From positions 1 through 39,561 of the IMG/VR virus record IMGVR_UViG_3300032004_000032: 39,561 bases of DNA; one strand, given 5' to 3'. Both the position numbers and the translations under genes were made by a program. Positions 15,320 to 25,582 of this stretch are shown here, in pieces. Each line of letters opens with the position of its first letter. Within the stretch, counting starts at the first letter, position 1. The DNA comes from a virus. The notes under the pieces are model-generated. The model searched no databases. It saw only the letters and a list, made by a program, of their open reading frames with translations, and was not told the DNA's origin.

Positions 15320-16840
15320 ATGGGGATGATTGACGATCTGTTCCCAGGGTACGCGGCCAAGCGTTCGGAGATGAGGCTGAAGAAAGCGCGCACGGACATG
15401 GCGCTTAAGATGATCGAGCGCCGCTTTGAGGGTGCTGCGGGCGGTCGCCGAAACGATGGCTGGCGCGCAACTGGCGCCGATGCCAACGTTGAAAACGCTC
15501 CGGCACTGGCCAAGCTTCGCAACCGGGCCCGCGATCAGCGCCGCAACAATCCGTTCGGTGAGCGCGGCATTACGGGGATCGCCGACAACGCTGTTGGCGC
15601 CGGCATCGTCCCACTGCCATTGGCAAAGCGCGACCGTGATGGTTTGCGACTGATGGACTTGTGGAGGGCCTGGGCCGAGACAACCGATTGCGATACCGAC
15701 GGATTGGATAATTTCTACGGCCTGCAGCACATGATCATGGAGGCAGTAGCCGAAAGTGGTGAGTGCTTGGTCCGTCGGCGCCGTCGCTTCAGTTCTGACG
15801 GTCTGCCCGTACCGGTGCAACTTCAGGTTTTGGAGGCCGACTTCCTCGACGAGTCGAAGGCGGATATCGTCGGACTCAACCGGATTATTCAAGGTGTTGA
15901 GTTCGACGCTCTTGGCCGCCGTGTTGCGTATTGGTTGTTCGATGAGCACCCAGGCGCAAACGCTGTCTGGGGTTCCCTGCAATCACGCAGGGTGCCGGCC
16001 GAGGATGTGATTCACGTCTTCCTTCGTAAACGACCAGGCCAGGCCCGCGGCTATAGCTGGTTGGCGCCGGTCATCCAGCGAATGCGCAACTTCGATGAGA
16101 TGGAAGACGCGGTAATGGAGCAGGCGAAGATCGCCTCGTGCTTCGCAGCGTTCGTCACGAAGGACGAAAACAGCGGTACGCATGGCGGTAAAAAGCCCGC
16201 GCTCATTGATCGCGTTGAGCCTGGAATCGTCCAGGAACTCGGGTTCGGCGAAAGCGTGAGCTTCGGCACACCGCCGACATTCAACGGTTACACGACGTAT
16301 TCCTGGCAACAACTGCACGCAATGGCAGTCGGCCTGGGCGTCCCGTATGAACTGCTTACCGGGGACCTCAAGGGTGTCAACTTTTCCAGTGGGCGAATGG
16401 GTTGGCTGAACTTCGCTCGTCGGGTGGACGTGTGGCAGTGGCGGATGTTGATTCCGCAATTGTGCGATCAGGTCTGGCGCTGGTTCATGGAAGCTCAGGT
16501 GCTCCTACCTGGCGGTGTGACCGATGACGTCAAAGCCTACTGGGTCCCGCCTCGTCGCGACATGGTCGACCCGAAAGCAGAAACAGAAAACGTCATCACC
16601 CGCGTGCGCAACGGCCTGACCACCTGGCCCGACGCCTTGCGCGAGCTCGGCATTACAGACCCGAAACGCCACGCCGAGCAAATCAAGAAAGCAAACGAAA
16701 TGATCGACGAGTACGGGTTGGTGCTGGATTGCGACCCGCGCCGAGTTGCAGCTGCCGGTTCCCCGAGCCAGCCATCAGCCACAGAAGAGAAAACAGACGA
16801 TGCCAACTCCGAACCAGGTGATGACACGCAAGACACATGA
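15320..16840 (+). CDS. Portal protein (lambda gpB family)
   Basis: ATG 15320 just after the gpW stop; about 506 aa; order gpA-gpW-portal. Confidence 0.8.
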   Translation: MGMIDDLFPGYAAKRSEMRLKKARTDMALKMIERRFEGAAGGRRNDGWRATGADANVENAPALAKLRNRARDQRRNNPFGERGITGIADNAVGAGIVPLPLAKRDRDGLRLMDLWRAWAETTDCDTDGLDNFYGLQHMIMEAVAESGECLVRRRRRFSSDGLPVPVQLQVLEADFLDESKADIVGLNRIIQGVEFDALGRRVAYWLFDEHPGANAVWGSLQSRRVPAEDVIHVFLRKRPGQARGYSWLAPVIQRMRNFDEMEDAVMEQAKIASCFAAFVTKDENSGTHGGKKPALIDRVEPGIVQELGFGESVSFGTPPTFNGYTTYSWQQLHAMAVGLGVPYELLTGDLKGVNFSSGRMGWLNFARRVDVWQWRMLIPQLCDQVWRWFMEAQVLLPGGVTDDVKAYWVPPRRDMVDPKAETENVITRVRNGLTTWPDALRELGITDPKRHAEQIKKANEMIDEYGLVLDCDPRRVAAAGSPSQPSATEEKTDDANSEPGDDTQDT

Positions 16841-18809
16841 GACGCCGATGCTCAGCCTGCGTGCTGCCGTGCGGCCTGGCTCGGTCGACATTGACGCGCG
16901 AACCGTTGAACTGACCTGGACAACCGGCGCTAAAGGCCGTCGCTGGTCATGGGACGTCGGCAGCTATATGGAAGAGCTTGATGTCAGCGAAGGCGCGGTT
17001 CGTCTTGATCGGCTCAACAACGGCGCGCCGCTGCTCGACACCCATAACCAGTACCAACTGAGTGCAGTACTGGCGGTTGTCGAGCGGGCATGGCTTGAGG
17101 GTGGCGAGGGCCACGCTCTGGTCCGGTTCAGCAAGCGTGATGATGCGGATGTGGTCTTCAAGGATGTCGTAGACGGCATCCTCCGAAACATCAGCGTCGG
17201 CTACGCCGTGCACCGTTACGAGGTGGTCGAGGAAGAAGACGACAAGCTCCCCACCTACCGCGCAGTCGATTGGGAGCCGCTGGAGCTCTCGCTCGTTCCG
17301 ATCGGCTTCGACGACGGCGCAAAGGTCCGTAGCGCCAAAACCCCGGCTGAGTACGAAGGCCAACGATTCAACACTATTTTTGAAGTTCGGTCGGCTCAAT
17401 CGTCGACCGTAGAACCGGCCGCCGTGCCTACTATCCAAGAGGAAGATGCAATGACCGAAGAAGAGAAGCGCGCGGCCGATGACAAGCTTCGCCGTGAAGC
17501 CGCTGACGCCGAGCGCCTGCGCAGCCTCACCATCCGCACAATGGCGCGCAAGGTGCAGCTCGATGACGAAGTGTTCGTGGAAGACCTGATTGCTCGCGGT
17601 GTTCCGGTAGCGGATGCGAGTGCAGCTCTGATCGACAAGCTGGCCGAGCGTCAAAACAAGGATCAGTCGGAAACTCGCAACAGTCAGCCGACCAATGTGA
17701 CTGGTGGCCTGGACGTTTCCGTCCTCAATGCCAAGCGCTCTGCCATGCAGAACGCGCTGCTGCATCGTTGCGACTCGAACATCAAGCTGGAAGAAACCGG
17801 CCGCGAGTTCCGCGGGATGCGCCTGGTCGACATGGCTCGCGAGTTCGTCGAGATGGCTGGAGGCAACGCTCGCGGCATGACCCCCCAGGAACTGGCCCGC
17901 GCGGCCTTGGGTTGCGACCGTCAAGCCGTTCGCGCGGCGGGCATGCACAGCACCAGCGATTTCCCGCTGCTCTTGGGCAGCACCGTCAATCGCACCCTGC
18001 GCGATGCCTACACCAACGCGCCACAGACCTGGCGTCCCTTGGGCCGTCAGACCACGGTGCCGGATTTCCGTGCCGTGACTCGCGCTGCCCTGGGCGACAT
18101 CGCTGCGTTGGAGCAGGTCAAGGAACACGGAGAATACAAATACGGCACGCTGTCCGAAGACGGTGCGCCGATCAAAGTCGCCAAGTTCGGTAAGATCATC
18201 GCCATCACCTGGGAAACCATCGTGAACGATGATCTGGGCGCCCTGACTCGCATCCCGGCAGCTCTGGGTAATGCGGCCGCTGCAACGGAGTCCAACGTGG
18301 TTTGGGCGCTGCTGCTGGGTAATCCTAACTTCACCGATGGCGTTCCGTTCTACCACGCTGACCATGGGAACCTTGCTGCCAGCGGTGGCGCAATCAACAC
18401 CACCACCTTGGCGGCCGCACGCGCTGCTATGCGCAAGCAGAAGTCGAAAGCCGGCGAGTTCCTCAACTTGTCGCCAGAGTTCCTGGTTGTCGGTCCGGAC
18501 AAAGAACTGGAAGCGTTCCAGTTCACCAGTTCGGTCTACGTGCCGGCGAAGAATGCAGACATCAACGATGTGCGCAACGCTTCTCTTACGGTAATCGTGG
18601 ACGCTCGTATCACCGGCAACCAGTGGTATCTGTTCTCGGCTCCGGGCTCCATCGATACCTTTGAATATGCCTACCTGGAAGGCGAGCAGGGCGTATTCAC
18701 CGAAACCCGCGAAGGCTTCGAAGTCGACGGCATGGAAATCAAAGCCCGCCTGGTGTTCGGCGCTGGCTGGATCGATTACCGCGGCGCTTACAAGAACCCG
18801 GGCGCGTAA
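16800..18809 (+). CDS. Prohead protease - scaffold-like linker - major capsid protein fusion
   Basis: N-terminal 200 aa are protease-like, followed by a charged coiled linker (EEDAMTEEEKRAADDKLRREAADAERL) and a C-terminal capsid-like domain of about 400 aa. No separate protease, scaffold or MCP gene. Confidence 0.7.
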   Translation: MPTPNQVMTRKTHETPMLSLRAAVRPGSVDIDARTVELTWTTGAKGRRWSWDVGSYMEELDVSEGAVRLDRLNNGAPLLDTHNQYQLSAVLAVVERAWLEGGEGHALVRFSKRDDADVVFKDVVDGILRNISVGYAVHRYEVVEEEDDKLPTYRAVDWEPLELSLVPIGFDDGAKVRSAKTPAEYEGQRFNTIFEVRSAQSSTVEPAAVPTIQEEDAMTEEEKRAADDKLRREAADAERLRSLTIRTMARKVQLDDEVFVEDLIARGVPVADASAALIDKLAERQNKDQSETRNSQPTNVTGGLDVSVLNAKRSAMQNALLHRCDSNIKLEETGREFRGMRLVDMAREFVEMAGGNARGMTPQELARAALGCDRQAVRAAGMHSTSDFPLLLGSTVNRTLRDAYTNAPQTWRPLGRQTTVPDFRAVTRAALGDIAALEQVKEHGEYKYGTLSEDGAPIKVAKFGKIIAITWETIVNDDLGALTRIPAALGNAAAATESNVVWALLLGNPNFTDGVPFYHADHGNLAASGGAINTTTLAAARAAMRKQKSKAGEFLNLSPEFLVVGPDKELEAFQFTSSVYVPAKNADINDVRNASLTVIVDARITGNQWYLFSAPGSIDTFEYAYLEGEQGVFTETREGFEVDGMEIKARLVFGAGWIDYRGAYKNPGA

Positions 18810-18832
18810 GCCTATCGTTCGAATTAAACCCA

Positions 18833-18864
18833 AAAGGGCGCCGCGTGGCGCCCTTTTCGTTTTC
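18833..18864 (+). terminator. Intrinsic terminator after the capsid gene
   Basis: aaagggcgcc-gcgt-ggcgcccttt followed by tcgttttcc. Confidence 0.75.
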
Positions 18865-18892
18865 CAGTTTCTGTCTCTAAAGGGGACCTTGC

Positions 18893-19246
18893 ATGAAGAC
18901 TTTCATCCAGCACGGCGACTGCCTTACTGTCATTGCACCGGCCGGCGGCACCGTCTCGGGCGAGCTCTACAAAGTAGGCGCGATTGTGGGCGTTGCCGCC
19001 ACTACCGAAGACGCTGGCGCCCAGGTGGTGCTCAAGCTCTGTGGCGTATTTGCGCTGACGAAAATCAGCGCGCAAGCCTGGGCTGTCGGCGAACTGATCT
19101 ACATGAACACCACCAGTCGCGCCCTGACTAACGTTTCGGCCACAGGCCTGGTGTTGGTCGGCGTTGCCACGGAGGTGGCTGCCAACCCATCTACTACCGG
19201 TATCTGCCGACTCAACGGCGTGTCCGCGCCGGCGGCGGTGGCATAA
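18893..19246 (+). CDS. DUF2190-like head decoration/cement protein
   Basis: 117 aa directly after the MCP; G/V/A-rich pattern typical of DUF2190. Confidence 0.55.
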   Translation: MKTFIQHGDCLTVIAPAGGTVSGELYKVGAIVGVAATTEDAGAQVVLKLCGVFALTKISAQAWAVGELIYMNTTSRALTNVSATGLVLVGVATEVAANPSTTGICRLNGVSAPAAVA

Positions 19247-19594
19247 ATGAGCTGGGCCTCAATGGCCCAGCGCATGCTTGGCGTGTCGATTCGTACCTTC
19301 AGCGAGCCTTCTGCCGCCATCGATCCTGATGGCGCCGTTTACTGGTTGACTGACGGAGTAGCGCCGGGCGTGGCGCTGGCCCAGGCGGTATTCGACAGCA
19401 CACACGTCACAGTTGATCCGGAGACTGGCGCGCCGGTATCGAGCCAGAACCCAATCCTCGGTGTCCGCCTGATCGATCTCCCGAACAAGCCAACAAACCG
19501 TGATCGCGTCCGCGCTCGTGGCGAGTTGTACCAGATCAGTGATGTCCAGCCAGATGGTGTGGCCGGCGTGACGATCATTTTACGGAAGGCATAG
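19247..19594 (+). CDS. Putative head-tail connector protein
   Basis: Position and size only. Confidence 0.45.
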   Translation: MSWASMAQRMLGVSIRTFSEPSAAIDPDGAVYWLTDGVAPGVALAQAVFDSTHVTVDPETGAPVSSQNPILGVRLIDLPNKPTNRDRVRARGELYQISDVQPDGVAGVTIILRKA

Positions 19595-19596
19595 CC

Positions 19597-20151
19597 ATGG
19601 CCCACCCGCGACAACTGATCCGCAAGCAGGCTGTTGCGGTGCTGCTGGGCGCCACCAACGCAGGTTCCAGTGTTTATGCCAGTCGAGTGAGGCCGCTGAT
19701 TTCCAATGGATGGCAGAGCGAACTCCCCGCGATCATCGTTTACACGATGGACGAGGTTGGTGAGATTTTTAACCAGGCGCCTCGGGAGTACCGGCGCCGG
19801 GTTGAGTTGGTGGTCGAGATCCATGCCGAGGGCAACGATGCGCTGGACGACACCCTTGATACGCTGGCTCGACAAGTCGAGCGCTTGCTGCTCATGGATG
19901 ACACCCTTGGCGACACCGTCAATGACCTGCGATACGTGCGTTCGCGCATGGTACTGCTCGATCAGTCGGAGCAATTGACTGGCGCCTGTCGCCTCATCTT
20001 CGAGGCCGAGTACTTCGACCGTCACCCCGACGACCTATTCAACGAAAGCCTGCCGGACCTGAACACGGTGGCGACTGAGTACAGCCTGAACAACGCGCAG
20101 CCGGATCCGGCTGACCGCGCCAAAACCATCATCGAGGACCTGAACCCATGA
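19597..20151 (+). CDS. Putative neck / tail-completion protein
   Basis: Position between the head and sheath genes. Confidence 0.4.
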   Translation: MAHPRQLIRKQAVAVLLGATNAGSSVYASRVRPLISNGWQSELPAIIVYTMDEVGEIFNQAPREYRRRVELVVEIHAEGNDALDDTLDTLARQVERLLLMDDTLGDTVNDLRYVRSRMVLLDQSEQLTGACRLIFEAEYFDRHPDDLFNESLPDLNTVATEYSLNNAQPDPADRAKTIIEDLNP

Positions 20152-20336
20152 CCACGCGTGTGCTCGTGAAGCCGGCCGAGGGCCGCCTGGTGCGACATCC
20201 AGACACCTATGAGCAGATCAAGCCGGAAGGCTTGCCTGTAGAACTGAACAGTTACTGGATCCGCAAGGAAAAGGCCGGTGACGTCGTTATCGAAAAGGCT
20301 GCAGTACAGGCCGAAACCAAGGGTGAAAAACAATGA
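20148..20336 (+). CDS. DUF2635-like small protein (Mu gp38-like)
   Basis: VLVKPAEGRLVRHPDT...ELNSYWIRKEKAGDVV pattern; immediately precedes the sheath gene. Confidence 0.55.
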   Translation: MTTRVLVKPAEGRLVRHPDTYEQIKPEGLPVELNSYWIRKEKAGDVVIEKAAVQAETKGEKQ

Positions 20337-21805
20337 CCATTGGAATGGATACGATCCCTGGCGCCGGCGCTCTTCGCAAGCCCGGTGTGTATAGCGAAAT
20401 CGACAACAGCAAGGCGGTACGCGGGCCTCAACCTGTCAGCTTTCGCCGATTGTTGATCGGTCAAAAGCTCGCCTCCGGCCCGGCCTCTGCCAACACCCTG
20501 ATTCGCATCACCAGCCCAGCCCAGGCCGATACGCAGTTCGGTAAAGGATCGATGCTGGCCGGTATGGTTCGCGCCGCGATGGCCATCGACACCTATACTG
20601 AGCTGCAAGTGCTGCCTGTGGTCGACAATGTTGCCGGCGCTGCGGCCACTGCCACCTTGGCATTCACCGGTCCTGCAACTGCTTCGGGCACCATTGAGCT
20701 GATGATTGCTGGTCGCCGTGTGTCCGTGGGTGTGATTAGCGGCGATGCCGCGACGGCCATCGCTACTGCCGTGGTCGCGGCTATCACTGCAGCTGATGAC
20801 ATGCCGGTCACCGCCACTGCCGCAACTGGCACCGTCACGCTTACCAGTCGACACAAAGGCGAGGCGGGCAATACTCTCAATGCCCGTGTGAATTACTACA
20901 CCGGGCAGACGCTCCCCGCGGGTGTCGCCGTGACCATTAGCGATTTCGCTGGCGGTTCCGGCAATCCGGATCTGGGCGCCGCGCTCGCCGCCCTGGGGGA
21001 TGAATGGTTCCAGGTCTGGGGCTTGCCGTATTCCGACGCAGCGACACTGGCCACTGTGAAGACCGAACTCAACAGCCGCTTCGCCTGGGATCGCGAAATC
21101 GAGGCGCATGCCTTCACTGCGGCGCGCGGTACGCAAGGTTCGCTGGGGGCGCTAGGTGATGCTCACAACAACCAGCATCTGGTCATCATGATGGCCAACG
21201 ATGAGCCCATGCCTGCGTATGAGAAGGCGGCCGAAACCATGGCCATTGCCGCTCTCTATGCTGCGATTGATCCTGCCCGCCCGATTCAGAACCTGCAATA
21301 CGCGTGGTGCCTGGCGCCGTCGGCTGCCGACAAGTTCACCAATCAAGAGCGCAACCTGCTGCTGTTCGATGGCATCGCCACGAGCAAGGTCAACAATGAC
21401 GGCACCATGGTCGTCGAACGGCTGATCACCACTTACAAAACCAACACCGCCGGCGCCTCTGACATCAGCTACCTGGACAGCGAAACCTTGTTCACCCTGA
21501 TGTACATCCGTCACGACTGGCGCGACTACATCCTGCGCAAGTACCCGCGTCACAAATTGGCGAACGACGGCACTCGCTATGGCATCGGCCAGCCGGTTGT
21601 CACCCCGGTGCTGATGAAGGCCGAAGCCGTATCGAAGTTCCGCGAGTGGGAGCGCTTGGGGTTGGTCGAAAACATGGCCGACTTTAAAGCCAACCTGATC
21701 GGCGAGCGAAACGAAAGCGACCCGAACCGCATGGACGTGCTGCTGCCGCCGGACCTGGTCAATCAACTGCGCATCGTCGCCAACAAAATTCAGTTCCGCC
21801 TGTAA
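20333..21805 (+). CDS. Contractile tail sheath protein
   Basis: 490 aa; position before the tube gene; sheath-like N-terminus. Confidence 0.8.
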   Translation: MTIGMDTIPGAGALRKPGVYSEIDNSKAVRGPQPVSFRRLLIGQKLASGPASANTLIRITSPAQADTQFGKGSMLAGMVRAAMAIDTYTELQVLPVVDNVAGAAATATLAFTGPATASGTIELMIAGRRVSVGVISGDAATAIATAVVAAITAADDMPVTATAATGTVTLTSRHKGEAGNTLNARVNYYTGQTLPAGVAVTISDFAGGSGNPDLGAALAALGDEWFQVWGLPYSDAATLATVKTELNSRFAWDREIEAHAFTAARGTQGSLGALGDAHNNQHLVIMMANDEPMPAYEKAAETMAIAALYAAIDPARPIQNLQYAWCLAPSAADKFTNQERNLLLFDGIATSKVNNDGTMVVERLITTYKTNTAGASDISYLDSETLFTLMYIRHDWRDYILRKYPRHKLANDGTRYGIGQPVVTPVLMKAEAVSKFREWERLGLVENMADFKANLIGERNESDPNRMDVLLPPDLVNQLRIVANKIQFRL

Positions 21806-21829
21806 CGGCGACCGCCAGGAGATAAACAC

Positions 21830-22198
21830 ATGGCAGGTAAAAACCGCATCGGCGGAATCATCGCCTTGAAGGTCAATGGCGACATCTATTTCGCCAAGGG
21901 CAACTTCACCTACAACCTCGGCAAACCCAAACGCGAAGGCGTTGTGGGTGCCGACACGGTCCATGGCTACAAGGAGACCCCTCAGGTTCCCTTCGTTGAA
22001 GGCGAGATCACCGATCGCAACGAGCTCAGCCTCGAAGATCTGGTCACGCTCGACGACGCCACAATCACGCTGGAGCTCTCCAACGGCAAGGTCATCTCCC
22101 TGAGTGAAGCCTGGTACGCGGGTGAGGGCACCGGCAACACCGAAGAAGGCAACATCGCTTGCCGATTTGAAGGCATGTCTGCCGAGGAAGTGAAGTAA
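21830..22198 (+). CDS. Tail tube protein
   Basis: 122 aa after the sheath gene. Confidence 0.75.
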   Translation: MAGKNRIGGIIALKVNGDIYFAKGNFTYNLGKPKREGVVGADTVHGYKETPQVPFVEGEITDRNELSLEDLVTLDDATITLELSNGKVISLSEAWYAGEGTGNTEEGNIACRFEGMSAEEVK

Positions 22199-22500
22199 TG
22201 GCAAAGGAAAAAGTTCTGCAACTGGCTGAGCAGGTCACCTTCGGTAAAGATTCTTTTACCGAGCTGACCGTCACCCGCAAGCTGAAATACCTTCGTGGTC
22301 ACGCGCTGCGTATCACTTCCGATGGCAAGGGCAACGGCGGAGCGGACATGGACTTTGCCACGCTGATTGACCTCGGCGCCAAGATGGTTGGCCATCCTCC
22401 TGCGTTGCTCGACGAGCTGAGCGAGGACGATCAGGCCGCCGTCATCGGCGAGGCCCGCGATTTTTTGCTGAAGCACCTCGGGGGTGGGAAGGAGGTGTAA
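22198..22500 (+). CDS. Tail assembly chaperone (G-like, short product)
   Basis: 100 aa between the tube and tape-measure genes. Confidence 0.7.
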   Translation: MAKEKVLQLAEQVTFGKDSFTELTVTRKLKYLRGHALRITSDGKGNGGADMDFATLIDLGAKMVGHPPALLDELSEDDQAAVIGEARDFLLKHLGGGKEV

Positions 22501-22625
22501 CAGTCGTCGTCAAGGTTATGAGCGTTCAGCCGTCGGAAGTCATGGAGATGGATTTCGACGAGCTGAACTGGTGGCTTGAGCGCACCGAGGAATGGGTTGA
22601 ATGGCAGACAAAGGATACTCCCTAA
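22198..22625 (+). CDS. Tail assembly chaperone, -1 frameshift-extended product (GT-like)
   Basis: Slippery heptamer T TTT TTG at 22461-22467 in the zero frame. The -1 frame is open from there to TAA 22623-22625, overlapping the tape-measure start. Confidence 0.55.
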
Positions 22626-24319
22626 GCTTAATTATCAAGGCCGTCGACCGGGTAACTGCCCCTTTGCGGGGAATCTTCGGCAAGGTCAAGGCAGCCAGCG
22701 CCGGCATTACCGGGGCGCTCGATCGGGTTGGTCTGCCGGTCTTCACCAATAGCCTGAAGAATGTTGGCGGCGCCATTGGCGGAGTCGGTCGCGCGGTCGC
22801 ATCAAGTACCCAAAGGCTACTTGGTTTGGGGGCGACCCTCGGGCTTACAACCGCGGCATTAAACCTGTTCTTCCAAGGCTTCGCGGATGCAACAGGTGCA
22901 ATAGGTGATACAGCGGAGCGGACCGGCATCAGCCGCGAGCGGTTCCAGGAGCTGAGCTTTGCGGCGAAGTTGACAGGGTCATCCGCAGAAACTCTCGGCG
23001 GCGCTTTGCAGAAAATGCAGATCAACGTCGGCGCTGCCACGGCAGGCTCGAAAGAACTCAAGGAGATGTTCAAAGGCCTGGGGATCAACATTAAGGATGC
23101 ATCCGGCAAGCTTAAGAGTTCGGACGCGCTCTTCGATACCTTCGTTGATCGTATCTCGAAGATCAAAGACCCATCACTCCAGGCCCAGGCTGCTGTGAAG
23201 ATCTTCGGAAAAAGCGCAACCGAACTGCTGCCGCTGATCCGTGGTGGCGGTGCAGGCATCAAGGAAATGGCAGACGAGGCTCGGCGCCTGGGTTTGGTGA
23301 TCTCCGATAGCGCGGTTCGTGAGGGCGAGAACTTTGGCGATACCCTGGATACCTTGCATGCTGCACTGAGTGGCGTGGGTAACACGATCGGAAGCGCTCT
23401 GGTTCCGCAGTTGAACAAGCTCGGCGGCAGGCTGATTGAAACCATCGTCAAATACCGGCCACAGATTGAAGCCTTTGCCACTGCGTTCGCTGAGAACCTG
23501 CCCGGCAATATCGAGAAGGTCACTGGCTTTCTGGGTGATCTGTATGACGGTGCGCAGCCGGTGATCAGGATTTTCGAATCGCTGTCCGACACGTTTGGCG
23601 CGGCGAACCTGGTCCTAACTGCGCTTGGCTTGTACATCGGGGGAGGGCTTGTCGTGAGCCTTTATAGCCTGGCCGTCGCGCTCAAGGGGGTCGGTGTTGC
23701 ATTGCTCACAACTCCAGTGGGCTGGTTTCTTTTAGCTGTGGCAGCGATCGCTGGTGCGGCCTATGTCGTTTACAAAAATTGGGACGCGATTGCGAAGTTC
23801 TTCGAAGAGAAATGGGGCCGTGTCAAAGCTGCATTCTCTGACGGGATCATCAACGGAATCGTCAAAGTCTGGCTCGAGTACAACCCTGTCCGGCTCATGA
23901 TGGAGGCCTTCAACGGTCTGATCAAATACCTGACGGGCTGGGACCTCGGCGCTATTTTGGGGGCGAAAATAAACGAGGCGGTTTCGGCCATCAAGAACGG
24001 ACTTCCCGATTGGGCCAAGGAATTGCTGGGGATCGATGGGGCGAGCGTAACCGTTGGGCAAGAAGGCACGTCGGCGACCGGTACTGGCAACCCTGACGGC
24101 GCTTTGTCGGCGCCCGGAACCGCTGCGGCAAACACAGACCTAGGCCGTCGGGCAGCGCAGATAGGCCGGGATGCCGCCCAGCAAATTGCACCACCACCGC
24201 AGGCGGTGAGGGTACAGGTCGACCTGAACAACGTGCCTGCGGGTTCCAAGGTTAAAACCGAGGGCAGCCAGGGCGCGACGTTCGATACCGATATTGGCTA
24301 TTCGATGATGGCCCCATAA
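22601..24319 (+). CDS. Tape measure protein
   Basis: 572 aa, A/G/L-rich with a TM-like segment; position. Confidence 0.8.
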   Translation: MADKGYSLSLIIKAVDRVTAPLRGIFGKVKAASAGITGALDRVGLPVFTNSLKNVGGAIGGVGRAVASSTQRLLGLGATLGLTTAALNLFFQGFADATGAIGDTAERTGISRERFQELSFAAKLTGSSAETLGGALQKMQINVGAATAGSKELKEMFKGLGINIKDASGKLKSSDALFDTFVDRISKIKDPSLQAQAAVKIFGKSATELLPLIRGGGAGIKEMADEARRLGLVISDSAVREGENFGDTLDTLHAALSGVGNTIGSALVPQLNKLGGRLIETIVKYRPQIEAFATAFAENLPGNIEKVTGFLGDLYDGAQPVIRIFESLSDTFGAANLVLTALGLYIGGGLVVSLYSLAVALKGVGVALLTTPVGWFLLAVAAIAGAAYVVYKNWDAIAKFFEEKWGRVKAAFSDGIINGIVKVWLEYNPVRLMMEAFNGLIKYLTGWDLGAILGAKINEAVSAIKNGLPDWAKELLGIDGASVTVGQEGTSATGTGNPDGALSAPGTAAANTDLGRRAAQIGRDAAQQIAPPPQAVRVQVDLNNVPAGSKVKTEGSQGATFDTDIGYSMMAP

Positions 24320-24331
24320 CCGGAGCTCCCC

Positions 24332-25582
24332 ATGGCTTGGAGAGACAACTACCGCGCCGCGACTTTTCGCGGCGTGGGCTTTTTTGTGGCCACGGCAGAC
24401 AGCAGTCACGGCCGACGCCAGGCGGTTCACGAAACAGCGCAGCGCGATATCCCCTACACCGAAGACCTTGGACGCAAGTCTCGGGAGTTCGGCATCACCG
24501 GTTACCTGCTGGGCAAAGAGTACGATGTTGCCCGCGAAGAACTGATCAAGGTCTGCGAGCAGGCGGGGCCAGGTGTGCTCGTCCACCCGTATCGCGGCGA
24601 GTTGACCGTGGTTTGCCGTGGACTCAACGTCAGCGAGACGTCGGACGAGGGTGGCAAGTGCACCCTCACGATGACGTTCCTCGAAGCGGGCGAGGCGTCG
24701 TATCCCTCGGCAAAGGTCGACAACGTCAACGCCATCAGCGCGAAGGCGGGCGAAGTAACCGAGGTTGGAAAAGAAAATTTTGTCTCGGATTTCCTTACAA
24801 AGGGTTACCCGTCGTTCGTGGCTGATGCAGCGACATCGCAACTCCAGGGCTTGAGCGATTTTCTGAGCTCGCCCGAATTCATCGTTTCGAGTGACATCCA
24901 GGCGGTGTCCGACTATTACGGCAAGGTCAAAAGTATTGGCGCTGATGCATTCGATCTTATCCAGGCGCCGTTTCAGTTGGCTGCCCGCGTCGTCGACGCG
25001 ATCAGTAGCATCCGATCTGCCTTCGGAGGTAGCGCCTTCGGAATGTTGACGAGCCTGTACAGCCGATACTTCTCAAGCGATGACAGCGGATCCAGCACAA
25101 AGACACCGAGCCGTCAGCAGGTTGTGAAGAACAACAATGCCGTGGCCGGTCTGGTGCGTCAGGCGGCCATCTCACAGGCGGCGGTAGCAGCGGTGGTAAC
25201 GCAGACCACTGAGAACGTTTCAAACGGAGGCACAAAAACCACGTCCGCACCGACGAAATACGACAGCTACGAAGCTGCAATTGCCGTGCGGACCGAACTC
25301 GCGGACAGCCTGGATCAGGAGAGCGAGAGAACGATCAGTGACCCTGTCTACGTTGCAGTCACCGATTTGCGGACCGCCGTGGTACAGGCGGTACCGAATC
25401 CCGAGCAGGACCTGCCGCGTCTTGCGACGTATTCCCCACGGCAGACACTCCCCTCCTTGGTCGTGGCCTATCAGCTCTATGGCGATGCTAGCCGTGCCGA
25501 AGACATCGTCACGCGCAACGATCCGCGCCGCCCGGGCTTCCTGACGGGTGGGAAACAGCTTGAGGTTCTTGCAAATGGATGA
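24332..25582 (+). CDS. DNA circulation protein (Mu gpN-like)
   Basis: N-terminus WRDNYRAATFRGVGFFV...HGRR..VHE matches the DNA_circ_N pattern. Confidence 0.7.
   Translation: MAWRDNYRAATFRGVGFFVATADSSHGRRQAVHETAQRDIPYTEDLGRKSREFGITGYLLGKEYDVAREELIKVCEQAGPGVLVHPYRGELTVVCRGLNVSETSDEGGKCTLTMTFLEAGEASYPSAKVDNVNAISAKAGEVTEVGKENFVSDFLTKGYPSFVADAATSQLQGLSDFLSSPEFIVSSDIQAVSDYYGKVKSIGADAFDLIQAPFQLAARVVDAISSIRSAFGGSAFGMLTSLYSRYFSSDDSGSSTKTPSRQQVVKNNNAVAGLVRQAAISQAAVAAVVTQTTENVSNGGTKTTSAPTKYDSYEAAIAVRTELADSLDQESERTISDPVYVAVTDLRTAVVQAVPNPEQDLPRLATYSPRQTLPSLVVAYQLYGDASRAEDIVTRNDPRRPGFLTGGKQLEVLANG

Noticed and set aside
16947-18833. 628-aa ORF antisense to the protease-capsid gene
   Set aside because: It is a shadow ORF typical of GC-rich DNA: low-complexity R/G/A-rich translation, and the sense strand carries clear capsid-module synteny.
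20252-23637. Long minus-strand ORFs (20252..21136, 21152..22204, 22540..23637) under the tail genes
   Set aside because: These are antisense shadows of the sheath, tube and tape-measure genes. They have no SDs and their composition is low complexity.
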